A stretch of 64,000 nt of DNA from Malacoraja senta. Taxonomy: Eukaryota. Positions 13,170 through 23,300 of the stretch are shown here, piece after piece (within the stretch, counting starts at the first letter, position 1; each line of letters starts with the position of its first letter). The position numbers were made by a program, and so were the translations under genes. Below the pieces are notes generated by a model. That model made no database searches. It was not told the origin of the DNA and saw nothing but the letters and a program-made list of their open reading frames with translations. The stretch lies in the NCBI GenBank assembly GCA_038087875.1, contig CM075985.1, positions 11,780,001-11,844,000 on the forward strand, written 5' to 3'.

Positions 13170-15750
13170 GATGGGGTGGAGCATCCAGTTTCATACTTCT
13201 CTAAGAAGTTTAATCAACATCAGAAGTGGTACTCCACCATTGAGAAAGAGGCCCTTGCTATGTTGATGTCTCTGAGTCATTTCGAGGTTTAAGTTGGCTC
13301 CTCGAATGTCCCTGTCATCGTACTCACGGATCATAATCCGTTGGTATTTTTGCATAATATGAAGAATAAGAACCGGCGGTTAATGAGCTGGAGTTTGCAG
13401 CTGCAAGACTACAACCTGGAGGTCAGGCATATCCGCGGCAAGGATAATGTCTTGGCTGACGCCTTGTGGAGTTTAGCTCATGAATAGTTTCTGGGATTTG
13501 GTGGTGTTTTTTTTTCTCTCTTCTTCCAAAACGTATTCAGTATCTTTGGGTGGGGGTGGTAGGCATTTCCGAGTACAGGCCTTGTGGATGTGAGTCAGGA
13601 ATCAAAGGGTTAAAAGGCTCCTGTACCTGATTGGCTAAGCTGCGTCAGGTGACGGGTGACTCATCTGAAGCATAAATACCAGAACTTCCCAGACTTCTCT
13701 CTCTTCGACGCCGACCCTGCCTGTGAGCTGACTGCTGGAGTGAGCTGCAGAAGGCCTGGCCACATGGCATAGAACTTTGTGTCCTTTCACAATTACTGAT
13801 TAACAAATGTTGCATTGGAACGGATAAGGGCTGACCTTAGAGTTTTCGGTATTTTGTTTCAGAGTTATATATCTTTAGGCAGGTTAGAGACTCCGATTCG
13901 ACGGTCCATCATGTGGCTGGCCGGAGCACGGTTAAATTGTTTGTTAGTCCATCCATATCCCAGACTGGGTTGTTTCAATCAGGTTTGGGGTTTTTGTGTC
14001 CCATTGAAATAATTAACACTATTTTTTAACTTAAACCTGGTTTTTGAATTATGTTACGCGGCTCTGAAGTACCTGCTTTCGGGAGTCGTAACAGTAGGTC
14101 GGCATGTTATTCATAGGTAATTGAAGGTAATCAAGGGTAGTCGAAGGTAATCAAAGGTAGTCGTAGATAGTCTTCAACATAGTCGAAGGGAGGTCGAAGG
14201 AGATCGAAGGAGGTCGTCTTCACTCTCCACTATTCGGTGTCCAATTTTCCCGAAGCTAGTCGAAGCTAGTCTTCAACATAGTCGAAGGAGGTCGAAGGAG
14301 GTCTTCTACATAGTCGATGGAGGTCTTCAACATGATACTTTTTCAAACATTCCTAAACTCTTCTGAACTCGCGGATTAGGTCGCCACAGTGGGGCAAGCC
14401 CTTAATGCTGGCAACTATAGGCCAGTGAGCTTAACATCTCTAGTTGGAAAGTTACTACAGAGAATTCTGAGGGATATGAAAAACTTTCATTTAGAAGGAC
14501 AAGGGCTGATTAGGAATAGACAAGATGGTTTCGCATGTGGGAGGTCGTGTCTCATGAATCTGATTGAGTTTTTTGAAGATGTGACCGAAAAGGTTGATGA
14601 GGACAGAACTATAGATGTTGTTTCAATGGACTTTGGCAAGGCATTTAACTAAGTTCCATATGGTAGATAGTTGAATGGATAGAAAATTGGCTTCATGGAA
14701 GGAAGCAGAGGGTGATGGTGGAAGGTTGCTTCTCAGGCTGGAAACCTGTGACCAGTGATGTGCCTCAGGGCTCAGTGCTGGGCCCTTTTTTGTTTGTCAT
14801 CTATATCAATGATTTGGATGAGAACATACATGACAAGATTAGCAAGATTGCAGATGATACAAAAGTGGGTGGTATTGCAGATCGTGAAGATAGTTGTGAA
14901 AAATTGCAGCAGGATGTTGATCAGTGGCCCAGGTGGGTTGAGGAATGGTTGATGGAATTTAATACAGGGAAATGTGAAGTGTTAAATTTTGGGAGTTCCA
15001 ACAGGGCAGGACCTACACAGTGAATGGTAGGACTATGGGGAGTGTTATAGAGCGGAGGGATCTATGAGTGCAGGTACATGGTTCCTTGAATGTGGAGTCA
15101 GAGCTAGGGCTGTTAAAAAGGCTTTTGGCACACTGGCCTTCATCAGTCAGAGTGTTGAGTATAGATGTTGGGAGGTCATGTTACTGTTATATATGTTGGT
15201 GAGGCTGCATATTGTGTTCAGTTCTGTGCACCATGTTATAGGAAATATGTTGTCAAACTGAAAAGGGTACAGAGAAGATTTATGAGGATGTTGCCAGGAC
15301 TCGAGGGTCTGAGCTAGTGTGAGAGGTTGAGTAGGCTGGGATTCTATTCCTTAGAGCACAGTATGATGAGTGGTGATCTTATAGAGGTGTATAAAATCAT
15401 ATGAGGAATAGATCAGGTATGTGCACCAAACCTCTTGCCCAAAGTAGGGGAATTGAGGACCAGACGACATAGGTTTAAGGTGAATGGGAAAATATTTAAT
15501 AGGAATCTGATGGGTAACTTTTTTTCACACAAATGGTGGTGGGTGTATGGAAGGAGTTGCCAGACGAGGTAGTTGAGGCAGTTACTATCGCAACGTTTCC
15601 GAAAAAGTAGGCCAAGTACATGGATAGGGCAGGTTTGGGGGGGCATCTGTGCCAAGCTACGGGTGGGGCTAGTGTAGCTGGGACATGTTGGTCGGTGTGT
15701 GAAAGTTGGGCTGTAGGGCCTGTTTCCACACTGTATGACTCTATGACTAT

Positions 15751-15925
15751 CGATGAACCAGAGAGGGACTGAGGGGTGGATAATGTGAGGCTGTTTTGTC
15801 TGTCTGGAGAGCCAAGTACTGGGGTAGTGTCAACATCTTTGCATACCCAGCAGGCAGAGGTATTCCTGCGTTCAGTGAACTTATAAGCCAAAGCTAAAAA
15901 CTGGTTAAAACCATCTACTGCATTT
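15751..15925 (-). pseudogene. Retroviral env SU N-terminal fragment
   Basis: GFNQFLALAYKFTERRNTSACWVCKD matches the N-x-F-L-x-L-A...N-x-S/T-x-C-W-V-C pattern of gamma-type env proteins. It is cut off by the CR1 tail. Confidence 0.72.
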
Positions 15926-16418
15926 GAAGTACAGAAAAAGTAAAATTCATGCAAGAGTGACCATCAACCTCTGGGTGCAATAGTTGTTGAAAATTCACGC
16001 ATTAAAAAACCCATAATATAATGGTTCAGACAGATCTTCCTCTGAACGGAGGACATAAGCATTTTACATTTTGTAACATTTCAGAAAAATTACTTTTACA
16101 ATAAACTGACAGAAAGCAACTTCACATACATCACATTCCCAAAGTTAAACCCATTTCATGAAAAAGTATGGAGAATAAAACACCTCTACCTGCCTACAGT
16201 TCTTGGTTCAGATTACACCATGTGACAAAATGTGGCCAGGGAAAAGATGTATAAAACACAAGTTAAAGTTATCTAACTCTGTGCAAAAGCAGATGCTAAA
16301 AACGTAAAAAGGGGAAAAGGAGGTTTATCCTAACTTCAAAATAAGTCACTTTCATAGTTTGAAATATACAACCGTACTAGAATCTGTACAGACTAAAAAG
16401 TTTGTTATTATACAGATT

Positions 16419-16742
16419 TCAGTCATTTTCTGACAGTGTTTTCTTCCGTTTATACTGTTTGTTTTCTTGCTGGAGTTCCAGATTTTGGGCTCTCAGTTTC
16501 TCAATCTCTGCATCCAGTTCTTGAAGCTTGCTTTCTATCAACTCACCACCCCGGGCCACCTTTTTCCCTTCTAGACGTCATCTCAGCCGGTTGTTCTCAT
16601 CTTCCAGCCTGGACAGGCACTTCTCCAGCTCCAGGTACTTGTGGATCAGCTCCTGCTTGCTCATGTTCTGCAGGCTCTCAGCGTGATACTTCTCGTATGT
16701 CTCAGAGAAGTCCTTCTGCAGGAACTCACTGCCGTTGTCTCC
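16419..16742 (-). pseudogene. HEXIM1: HEXIM (HEXIM1-like) C-terminal coding fragment (cyclin T-binding coiled coil) with one premature stop, followed by probable 3' UTR to ~15930
   Basis: GDNGSEFLQKDFSETYEKYHAESLQNMSKQELIHKYLELEKCLSRLEDENNRLR*RLEGKKVARGGELIESKLQELDAEIEKLRAQNLELQQENKQYKRKKTLSEND*. This closely matches HEXIM1 GSEFLQRDFSETYERYHTESLQNMSKQELIKEYLELEKCLSRMEDENNRLR. In-frame TGA at 16578-16580 and natural stop at 16419-16421. Confidence 0.95.
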
Positions 16743-16932
16743 TGTTTCCAGAAATACCTTGTCTGCCGGAGATCCAGACGGGACTAGGGGGTCACCCAAT
16801 CGACCTCTCTGATCTCTTGTTCTTCATTCTCCTCTATTATTTTATTATTATTTTATTATCCTGCTGCAACTTTCTGCCTGGTCATTTTAGAAAATCTTTC
16901 TTACCTTTTCCCGACGAGCTGGAGGTTTCCAT
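16743..16932 (-). pseudogene. Putative gag N-terminal stub abutting HEXIM
   Basis: ATG at 16932 gives METSSSSGKGKKDFLK*, one substitution from a myristoylation-type MGTSSS. After a frameshift, RGRLGDPLVPSGSPADKVFLET runs in frame into HEXIM. The call rests mostly on its position after the PBS and leader. Confidence 0.5.
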
Positions 16933-17261
16933 TTTGGTATTTTAAACCACAAATCTTAAACAACTAAAATATAATGGCTATAATTTCTTACTCTATCTTA
17001 CTATTTTCAGTCATACTCTAACTCTTAAATTAACCTTCTAAGAGCTCAGTTCATAAAGTCCCCACTCCAAATTCCAATCCTTTTATCTTTTACTTAATTT
17101 CACTTAAATTTAGTTGGGGTCTATTCCTCAGTCCCTGTTTTCCTTTACCCTTCCTCTCATGGGATATTTTTCTTCCCGTACCGTTCTGCCACAGGTCTGG
17201 GTCACGGCTGGTATTTCTCCACCGTGCAGGCATTTCCATGTCCGGATCTCATTTGTTAGGG

Positions 17262-17279
17262 ATCCTGCCGACTACGCCA
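17262..17279 (-). promoter_or_regulatory. Retroviral primer-binding site, tRNA-Ser
   Basis: Minus strand reads TGGCGTAGTCGGCAGGAT, an 18 nt complement of the tRNA-Ser(AGA) 3' end including CCA, 2 nt downstream of the LTR terminal CA. Confidence 0.93.
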
Positions 17280-17281
17280 GG

Positions 17282-17655
17282 TGGTCAGAGAAATCAATCG
17301 AGGACTCCGACTTCTGAAGAGCGAGACTTTATTACATGAAATCTCAAAGGAACTACTCCGGGAGACAGTTCCTTCACAGTACAGATGGCATGGGTTTATA
17401 TACTGCTGAACAAACAAGTATATGTGCAGACTAGCCCAGACCTCACTCAGTTCCTTAAACAGCTTAGTCAGGGCATTACGATTTTATCGAAAATGCCTAA
17501 ATTACAGATAATAACAACACGCACAAAGAAACAGAAATCTGTGCTCAATGCTCCAATGATTCTGCCAAGGCTTTCTTAAGAACAAGGCAGCATCTGTAGC
17601 TTCGCAACACGTATCATCAAGCAGAACAGGTAAAATTTTGCAAAATTCTGTCACA
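17282..17655 (-). mobile_element. 5' LTR of the HEXIM-carrying ERV
   Basis: Minus strand TGTGACAGAA...CTCTGACCA, with TATATAAA (17395-17402) upstream of AATAAA (17328-17333), directly followed by the PBS. The outer boundary is inferred from the TG start. Confidence 0.82.
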
Positions 17656-18539
17656 ATTGGTGAAGAGTACATGGCACAGATTCCCCTGCAAGGGTGGTGA
17701 TGAATGAACAGAAATGCTCCTTTCTATCTGAATGTCACCAGAATATCTGGCTATCGGTCATGTGAGCAAAGTTTGGGGAATAGAATGATTCTGTGTCATG
17801 TGGAGCAACACCTGGAGAAGTGGAAATCACCTGGTGATTTTGGAAACATGATTGATAAAGCAAACCTTTGATTGATTTAAATCACTTAAATAGAGTGAGA
17901 GAACTGAATGTTGTGTTACAAAGGGTTCACGGAGTGGAGGACATGAAACGCAGAGTTAGCATGCAGGTACCGCAAGGAATTGGGAAGCTGATGGGATGTT
18001 GGCTTTTATTGTGAGAGGAATGGAGTCTAAGTAGGGAAGTCCTGCACTTTTACAGGTTGCTGGTGAAAGTGTCCCTGGAGTACATGGACAGTTACGGGCT
18101 CAGGTTATCAGTAACGATCTGCTTGAACTGGAGGCAGGACAGAGAAGGTTCACAAGGTTGTTTCCTTGGATGAAGGAGTTGATATCTAGGCCACAGGTAT
18201 TCTTGCAGGAGTTTGAAACAGTGTTTGTTCAGTGTGCATTCTTCAGCTGTGCATCTCTGTCCTTCCTGGTCCCCAGCAGTCTCCCAATCCATGAGGTACA
18301 GTTCCACAATGCTGGATTTCCTTGAAAAGCAGTCGAGATTTGGGCCAGTTACAGTGGTTTAAAGTGGTGGTTTGTGTTGGGTAGTCCAAGGGTGAACATG
18401 ACTGGGCCAATTCAGACCTTGTTGTGGGTTACTTATGGTTATTTATTAACATGTCTTTGGCAAGACCAGCATTTGTTGTCCATACCTTGTTTCCCTGATT
18501 CTGACTGTGCCTCACATCATTTTGTTGTTATCTATTAGG

Positions 18540-19590
18540 TCCACCTAAACTTGTAATGCCCCAGAGAAACAATCCAAGTTTGTACATCCTCTCTTTACAG
18601 CTAAAAGCCTTTTGTCCAGGCAGCATTCTGGTAAACCTCTTCTGCATTCATTCCAAAGTCTCTTCATCCTTCCTGCTATGGCAAATGCACGCATTACTCC
18701 AAATGCAGCCAAATCAGTGGCTGAAAAAGCTGCAACATGGCTACCTGATTCAGAAACTCAAAGACCAGACTTGTGAAAGTAAACGTACCATATGTCTGAT
18801 GTGACTACCACTCTAAACTACTAGACTACAAAGTTACATGCATCTTAATCTTCTGGATCAGCTGACCTTGAGGATCCTTATCAAATACCTTCCTAAAGTC
18901 CAAGTACACAACCTCCACTGCTCTACCCTCATTAATTACCCTCTTGTCAACTGCACAGATCACTAAATCAATCGTTAGTAAGATATGCTCCCCTTTTGCA
19001 GGTATGGAGGGAAGCTTAGCCACTGGGACAAATCCGAGCCCACCGACACAAGTTGTGGTCAACACTGAACTGCCAGGAAAAGCCCTAGTCAGCCAGCGTC
19101 GTTTCTCAGGCCGAGACTAAGTAAATGTGACAAGCCCAACAATTGATGCAAAAGGTCCGACCTGAGGTAGGGCAGAAATGGAGGGAAAAGCACAAGATTG
19201 CAGTGCCTCCTCCTTCAAGACCAGGACTGAGTTCCCGCAACAAGCCTGAGATTACCGGGGACACCCCGCATGCAGATATGAACTTCCTTGTCCTTATAAA
19301 TAAACTATAGTGCAAGTGTCGGTGAGGTCAGTGTTGACCCGGCTACATTCCCAAATCCCAAACCTCATTAATCTTCTGTAAACAACACAGTGCCCCCTCC
19401 TTCTTGATATTAAAATACTCTTGTGTATCAGTATATCCCACACTGATCTCCAGGACATTTCCTTGGTGAATACTGGTGCAAATACCTCATTTAGTAATTC
19501 ACTTACATCTTCTAATTCCAAGCATTAAGTTCCTCCTTTGTCCAAGTTTAGTCCTGCTTTCTCCTTAGTTACCCTCTTGTTTTTTTAATG
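18540..19590 (-). mobile_element. Old CR1 fragments interrupted by an LTR-like insert
   Basis: EGRAVEVVYLDFRKVFDK in ORF 18826-19065 and LNEVFAPVFTKE in ORF 19294-19521. Confidence 0.75.
18950..19348 (+). mobile_element. Solo LTR-like sequence
   Basis: Non-CR1 insert with AATAAA ~45 nt before a ...GGCTACA end. No internal sequence. Confidence 0.45.
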
Positions 19591-20161
19591 TATGTCTAAA
19601 ATGTAATGAAATGGGAAGTAAGAGTGAGTGGAGTGAATATACCAAGTGGGTGAGAGTGGTGTAATGTTGAGTTACTCCCACCATCTCTCTCACTCTCCCT
19701 CAGGGCATTGACTGGAGAGTTGGGGAAGGCTTGACTTCCTTCACATCATGTCCCGACACCTGTCAAGACAGCCAGAATTGTGGGGAAATTGCCCACCACC
19801 CGGTTGAGCTGATTTATAAACATACATCAGTTGTTTTCTTACAGATGTGCTGAGGAATGTAAGGTCCCAGTTCATCTTCTGCAGCCCATCCATAGGACTG
19901 TGAAAGCTCTCTCCCTGCAACTATTCCACTAACTCCCCATGTATCCTCTCCACAGCCTTTATTTCTCTCCCAGGTGCGGTGTCCGGGACCCGACACACCA
20001 GGTGCGGCTGAAGGACAAGAGTTCATTTTATAAAGTCTGTGCCGCCTTCTCCTCAGCGCAGCACTGAGTGCAGAGGTGGGGAGGAAGCAACAGTGGGACA
20101 GGAAGGCTGCGAGAAACTGGACTCACACAGCACCAAACACACAGCTTATGATGCAGTTCTC

Positions 20162-20167
20162 TTTATT
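20162..20167 (-). terminator. Polyadenylation signal of the lectin gene
   Basis: AATAAA ~115 nt downstream of the TAG stop. Confidence 0.7.
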
Positions 20168-20280
20168 ATTGGCTGAGAAGCTCAGTGAGCACAGTCACCA
20201 CAGACAATGAGAGCAGCTACAAAGAAATCAAAGCACTGGATCCACTGCTGGAAAGGATGAGTGGATGATTCTGGAGTCTT

Positions 20281-20357
20281 CTACTGATTGCGCAGGTTGT
20301 AGGAACAAACAAAACCATATCCGCTGCCACATTCCGCATCATACCATTTTCCCACGT
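20281..20357 (-). CDS. C-type lectin exon 6 (last coding exon)
   Basis: Acceptor ttttcctgcttctag, phase 1, (D)VGKWYDAECGSGYGFVCSYNLRNQ-TAG. Confidence 0.93.
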
Positions 20358-23300
20358 CTAGAAGCAGGAAAAGAGAAAAGCATTTACCTGTTAGTCCACA
20401 AGCAAAATGCTGCAGATGCTAATTATCTGAAAGAAAATGCTGGAAATACTCAATAGGTCAGGTGGCATGTGTGGAGAGGAAACAAGGAAGTCGTTGTTGG
20501 AATTTTTTTCTCAGTTCCTCTCTCCACAGATGCTGCCTGATCTGCTGAGTGTTTCCAGCATTTTCTGTTTTCCGTTTGGTCTAAATGTTTCATCTACTTG
20601 AGTCAGAGTCTGTGAGCCATTAATGTTCCCGGACTCTTGATCGGTGAGTTTGCATTGTAAATAAAGGGAGTCACTTCCTGTACACTATATACACTTCCTT
20701 ATGCATGCTGATAAGGAAGGAAGGAAGGGAATGTGGAATGTAGCTTACACTTTGAAGCTTTAATGAAATGACCTGTGTCTGAGGAGCAGTAGCAGCAGCA
20801 ACAGAGAGAGAGAGAATATTAAAAACCTTTCTTACTATAAAATAAGTATTGATCATTAAGATCAACAAAGAGGCACCTGTATTATAATAAGACAAGTGTT
20901 GTGACTAGATCCCTGATGAATCCTCGAATAACCACATTTCCCATGAAATTGAGAAAATCCATAAGGTTGGCAGTGACATTCATGGGACAATGAAGAAAAT
21001 GTGAGCTGCTGGCCATTAAATTGGTTTGGTGGACATGGGTACTGTGTTACATTATGGCTCTATCTTTTTATTAATCATCGCTCTGATTTTTATTGTTAAC
21101 TGCTTGCAACCATTAGGCACCTACCGAGGAAGTAATGTTATCATAAATGATAAAGAGGAAGGAATGAGAAAGTTTAAAGATTTAAAAGTTACAAAATGGA
21201 TTCAGCTGTAGATTTAGAAGCAATAAAATGGATGCTTTCAGCTTTCTCCTATTACATTAGCAAGGCTGCAGCATCATAACAAACATGTTTTCGCCCTTCT
21301 TCCATAACACTAGTGAGATAACAGCACAAATACATGGATGTTTTTCTCTATGATATAAACAATCAAGAGAATGTTCAGACATTTGGCTCGTACCCTTTAC
21401 AGTACAAGATTGTAATGTGCGTCAACAAGGTAAAAAAACGAATGCTTGAATCTGCATCTTTTTAATGAAATGCTTGGGCTGAGATTAATGCTCCACGTAC
21501 AAATGCTTTAAATGTTTCCCAGAGAAGGGAAGCAGAAATTCCGGGGTGGTCATTAGCCTCAAAAAACATATTAATCTGTTTTATAAGGTATTCATGACAT
21601 ACCTTTTCCTTTAAAATTTGGGGGTTAAGTCTCCATTGTGTATGTTTCTCGGCCATTCCGTTTAGTTTAATCATAAATCATAATCATAAATGTTAATGGT
21701 GCATGGTCCGAGATTATAATATTATGATATTTCGAGTTGTAGGAAAATGGTAAGACTTTGGAGTCTATTAAGAAATAGTCTATCCTTGAATAGGTTTTAT
21801 GCACTGGTGAGTAAAATAGTAAGATTAAACGAGAACTTACCAGTTTGAAGTGATCTTTATTTTATGAGGAGTTACGATGAGCGATTACGTGAAGAAGGCC
21901 GTCAGCCCGCATGCGCGTCAATCTTCAAAGCAGCGGTGTGAAATGACAGATAACAGTTGTTGAACTAAACATAGTAAGATTAGAGAGGACTAGCAGATGA
22001 TCTTTATGATATGAGGGTTGGGAGCGGAGGGCACATAATCGCTCATCGTAACTCCTCATAAAATAAAGATCAAACTTCAAACTGGTAAGTTCTCGTTTAA
22101 TCTTACTATTTTACTTCGGAGTCACGTGAGTGACTACATGAAGATGTTAAAGCTCTGTGATTTAATGCCGTGGATACATGCGTCACACACTGCATCAGTT
22201 GACCAGGATGAGTGAAAATAATTAATGCATTCAGACATGACATAGACAAAAAAGGCTGATGCTTTAATAATCAAAGAAAATAATAGTGACCCCTCTCATC
22301 CAGGGGGGAACTATAAAACAGAACCTAAAATGGAATTAGCAAAAGCCCCGGTCTGACAATAGGTTTGTTATAAAACCTTTGGAAGGTCAGTTCATTAGAC
22401 CATCCTGCAGCCGCTAGGATGTGGTCGAGAGGGACGTCCATATCCCTCGCTGCTGACGTAGATGCAGCCCTGGTGGAGTGAGATTTTAAAATGTCTGTGT
22501 CCATCATGAAATGGTCTGCGCTGTAACCTTCCTATGAGGTTTTGTGTAGCTGATGAATAAAGATAATTCGGAGCCTCTGAGGCTCTTAGTGACCTTGATG
22601 TATTGTAGTATGTGTGTAACTACACACAACCGTAGGTCTAAGGGGTATGCCATAAAAATTAATTTGAGCCCCGACACCCCTGGTCTGCTCTGCTTAATTA
22701 AATCATAAACAAAAAAGGTTATATTATCAATAGATGAAACCATGCAGTCCAATCGTAGATTATGTAACGTCTGGACCCATTGCGCTGAAACCAGCGCCAT
22801 GCGCAAGACCACCTTGAGAGTGAGATTGGGCAGAGACAGTGATGAAACTGGAGCCCACTGGCGAAGCAGCGTGAGTACCATGCTCACATCCCATATCCGT
22901 GAATATCGGGGCCTTGGGGAAGTAGAGTTAAAAATGCCCTTCATGAATCTGGTTATTAAGGGGTGAGACCCGACAGTGTGGTGTCCTGACCCCAGCCATA
23001 AGTAAGATGATAATGCACTCCTAGCACTATTTATGGCACTATAACTCAGTTTCTGTTCGTAGAATAGTGTAGATAGGAACTCCAACACATCCGTAATGCA
23101 AGCCGTGTCATACAAAATTTTCGAGAGAGAGAGCAGTACATCTCCCATTTCCTTATATGAGAGATGTACTGTTTCTGGGTACTCTTCCTCCAGGCCGCAG
23201 TGATCACATCTACCGTACGATCTGAAAGTCCGAGCCCCAGGAACGGTCTCCTCAGAATCTGCAAACCAATAAATTGATTCGGTTATGTAGTGGATGGTTT

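Larger units (their letters stand above)
7640..14093 (+). mobile_element. Gmr1-like Ty3/Gypsy LTR retrotransposon, near full length, degenerate
   Basis: LTRs at 7640-8160 and 13557-14093 ending CGTAACA, PBS at 8164-8176, gag with CCHC knuckle (CYYCKGRGH). Pol has protease LRDTGA, integrase HHCC and core at 9940-10580, RT YLDD at 10941-12065, RNase H to ~13486. G-rich PPT precedes 13557. Confidence 0.96.
7080..14402. mobile_element. Non-autonomous PIF/Harbinger-like DNA transposon, host of the Gypsy insertion
   Basis: Imperfect ~48 bp TIRs (AGGAGCTATCCCACTATGGTGACCTAATC... versus ...GATTAGGTCGCCACAGTGGGGCAAGCCCT) and a TAA duplication at 7077-7079 and 14403-14405. Internal GTCGAAGGAG-type repeats. 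Confidence 0.8.
6960..15750 (+). mobile_element. CR1 LINE split by nested insertions (pieces 6960-7079 and 14403-15750)
   Basis: ...VPEEWRVVN..FKKGGRN at 6960-7079 joins NAGNYRPVSLTS at 14403. Also PQGSVLGP, IADDTK and a (CTATGACT)n tail ending ~15750. Confidence 0.9.
15751..17655 (-). mobile_element. Defective endogenous retrovirus carrying a captured HEXIM fragment (5' LTR, PBS, gag stub, HEXIM, env stub; 3' end lost)
   Basis: LTR, PBS, HEXIM and env-like segments are collinear on the same strand and in proviral order (see sub-features). Confidence 0.8.

Noticed and set aside
16419-16799. HEXIM as the functional host gene
   Set aside because: The N-terminal part (7SK-binding region and PYNT) is absent, there is an in-frame stop, and the upstream sequence is retroviral.
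17262-17279. tRNA-Ser gene
   Set aside because: Only the 3' 18 nt match, including the post-transcriptional CCA, and it lies next to an LTR. It is a PBS.
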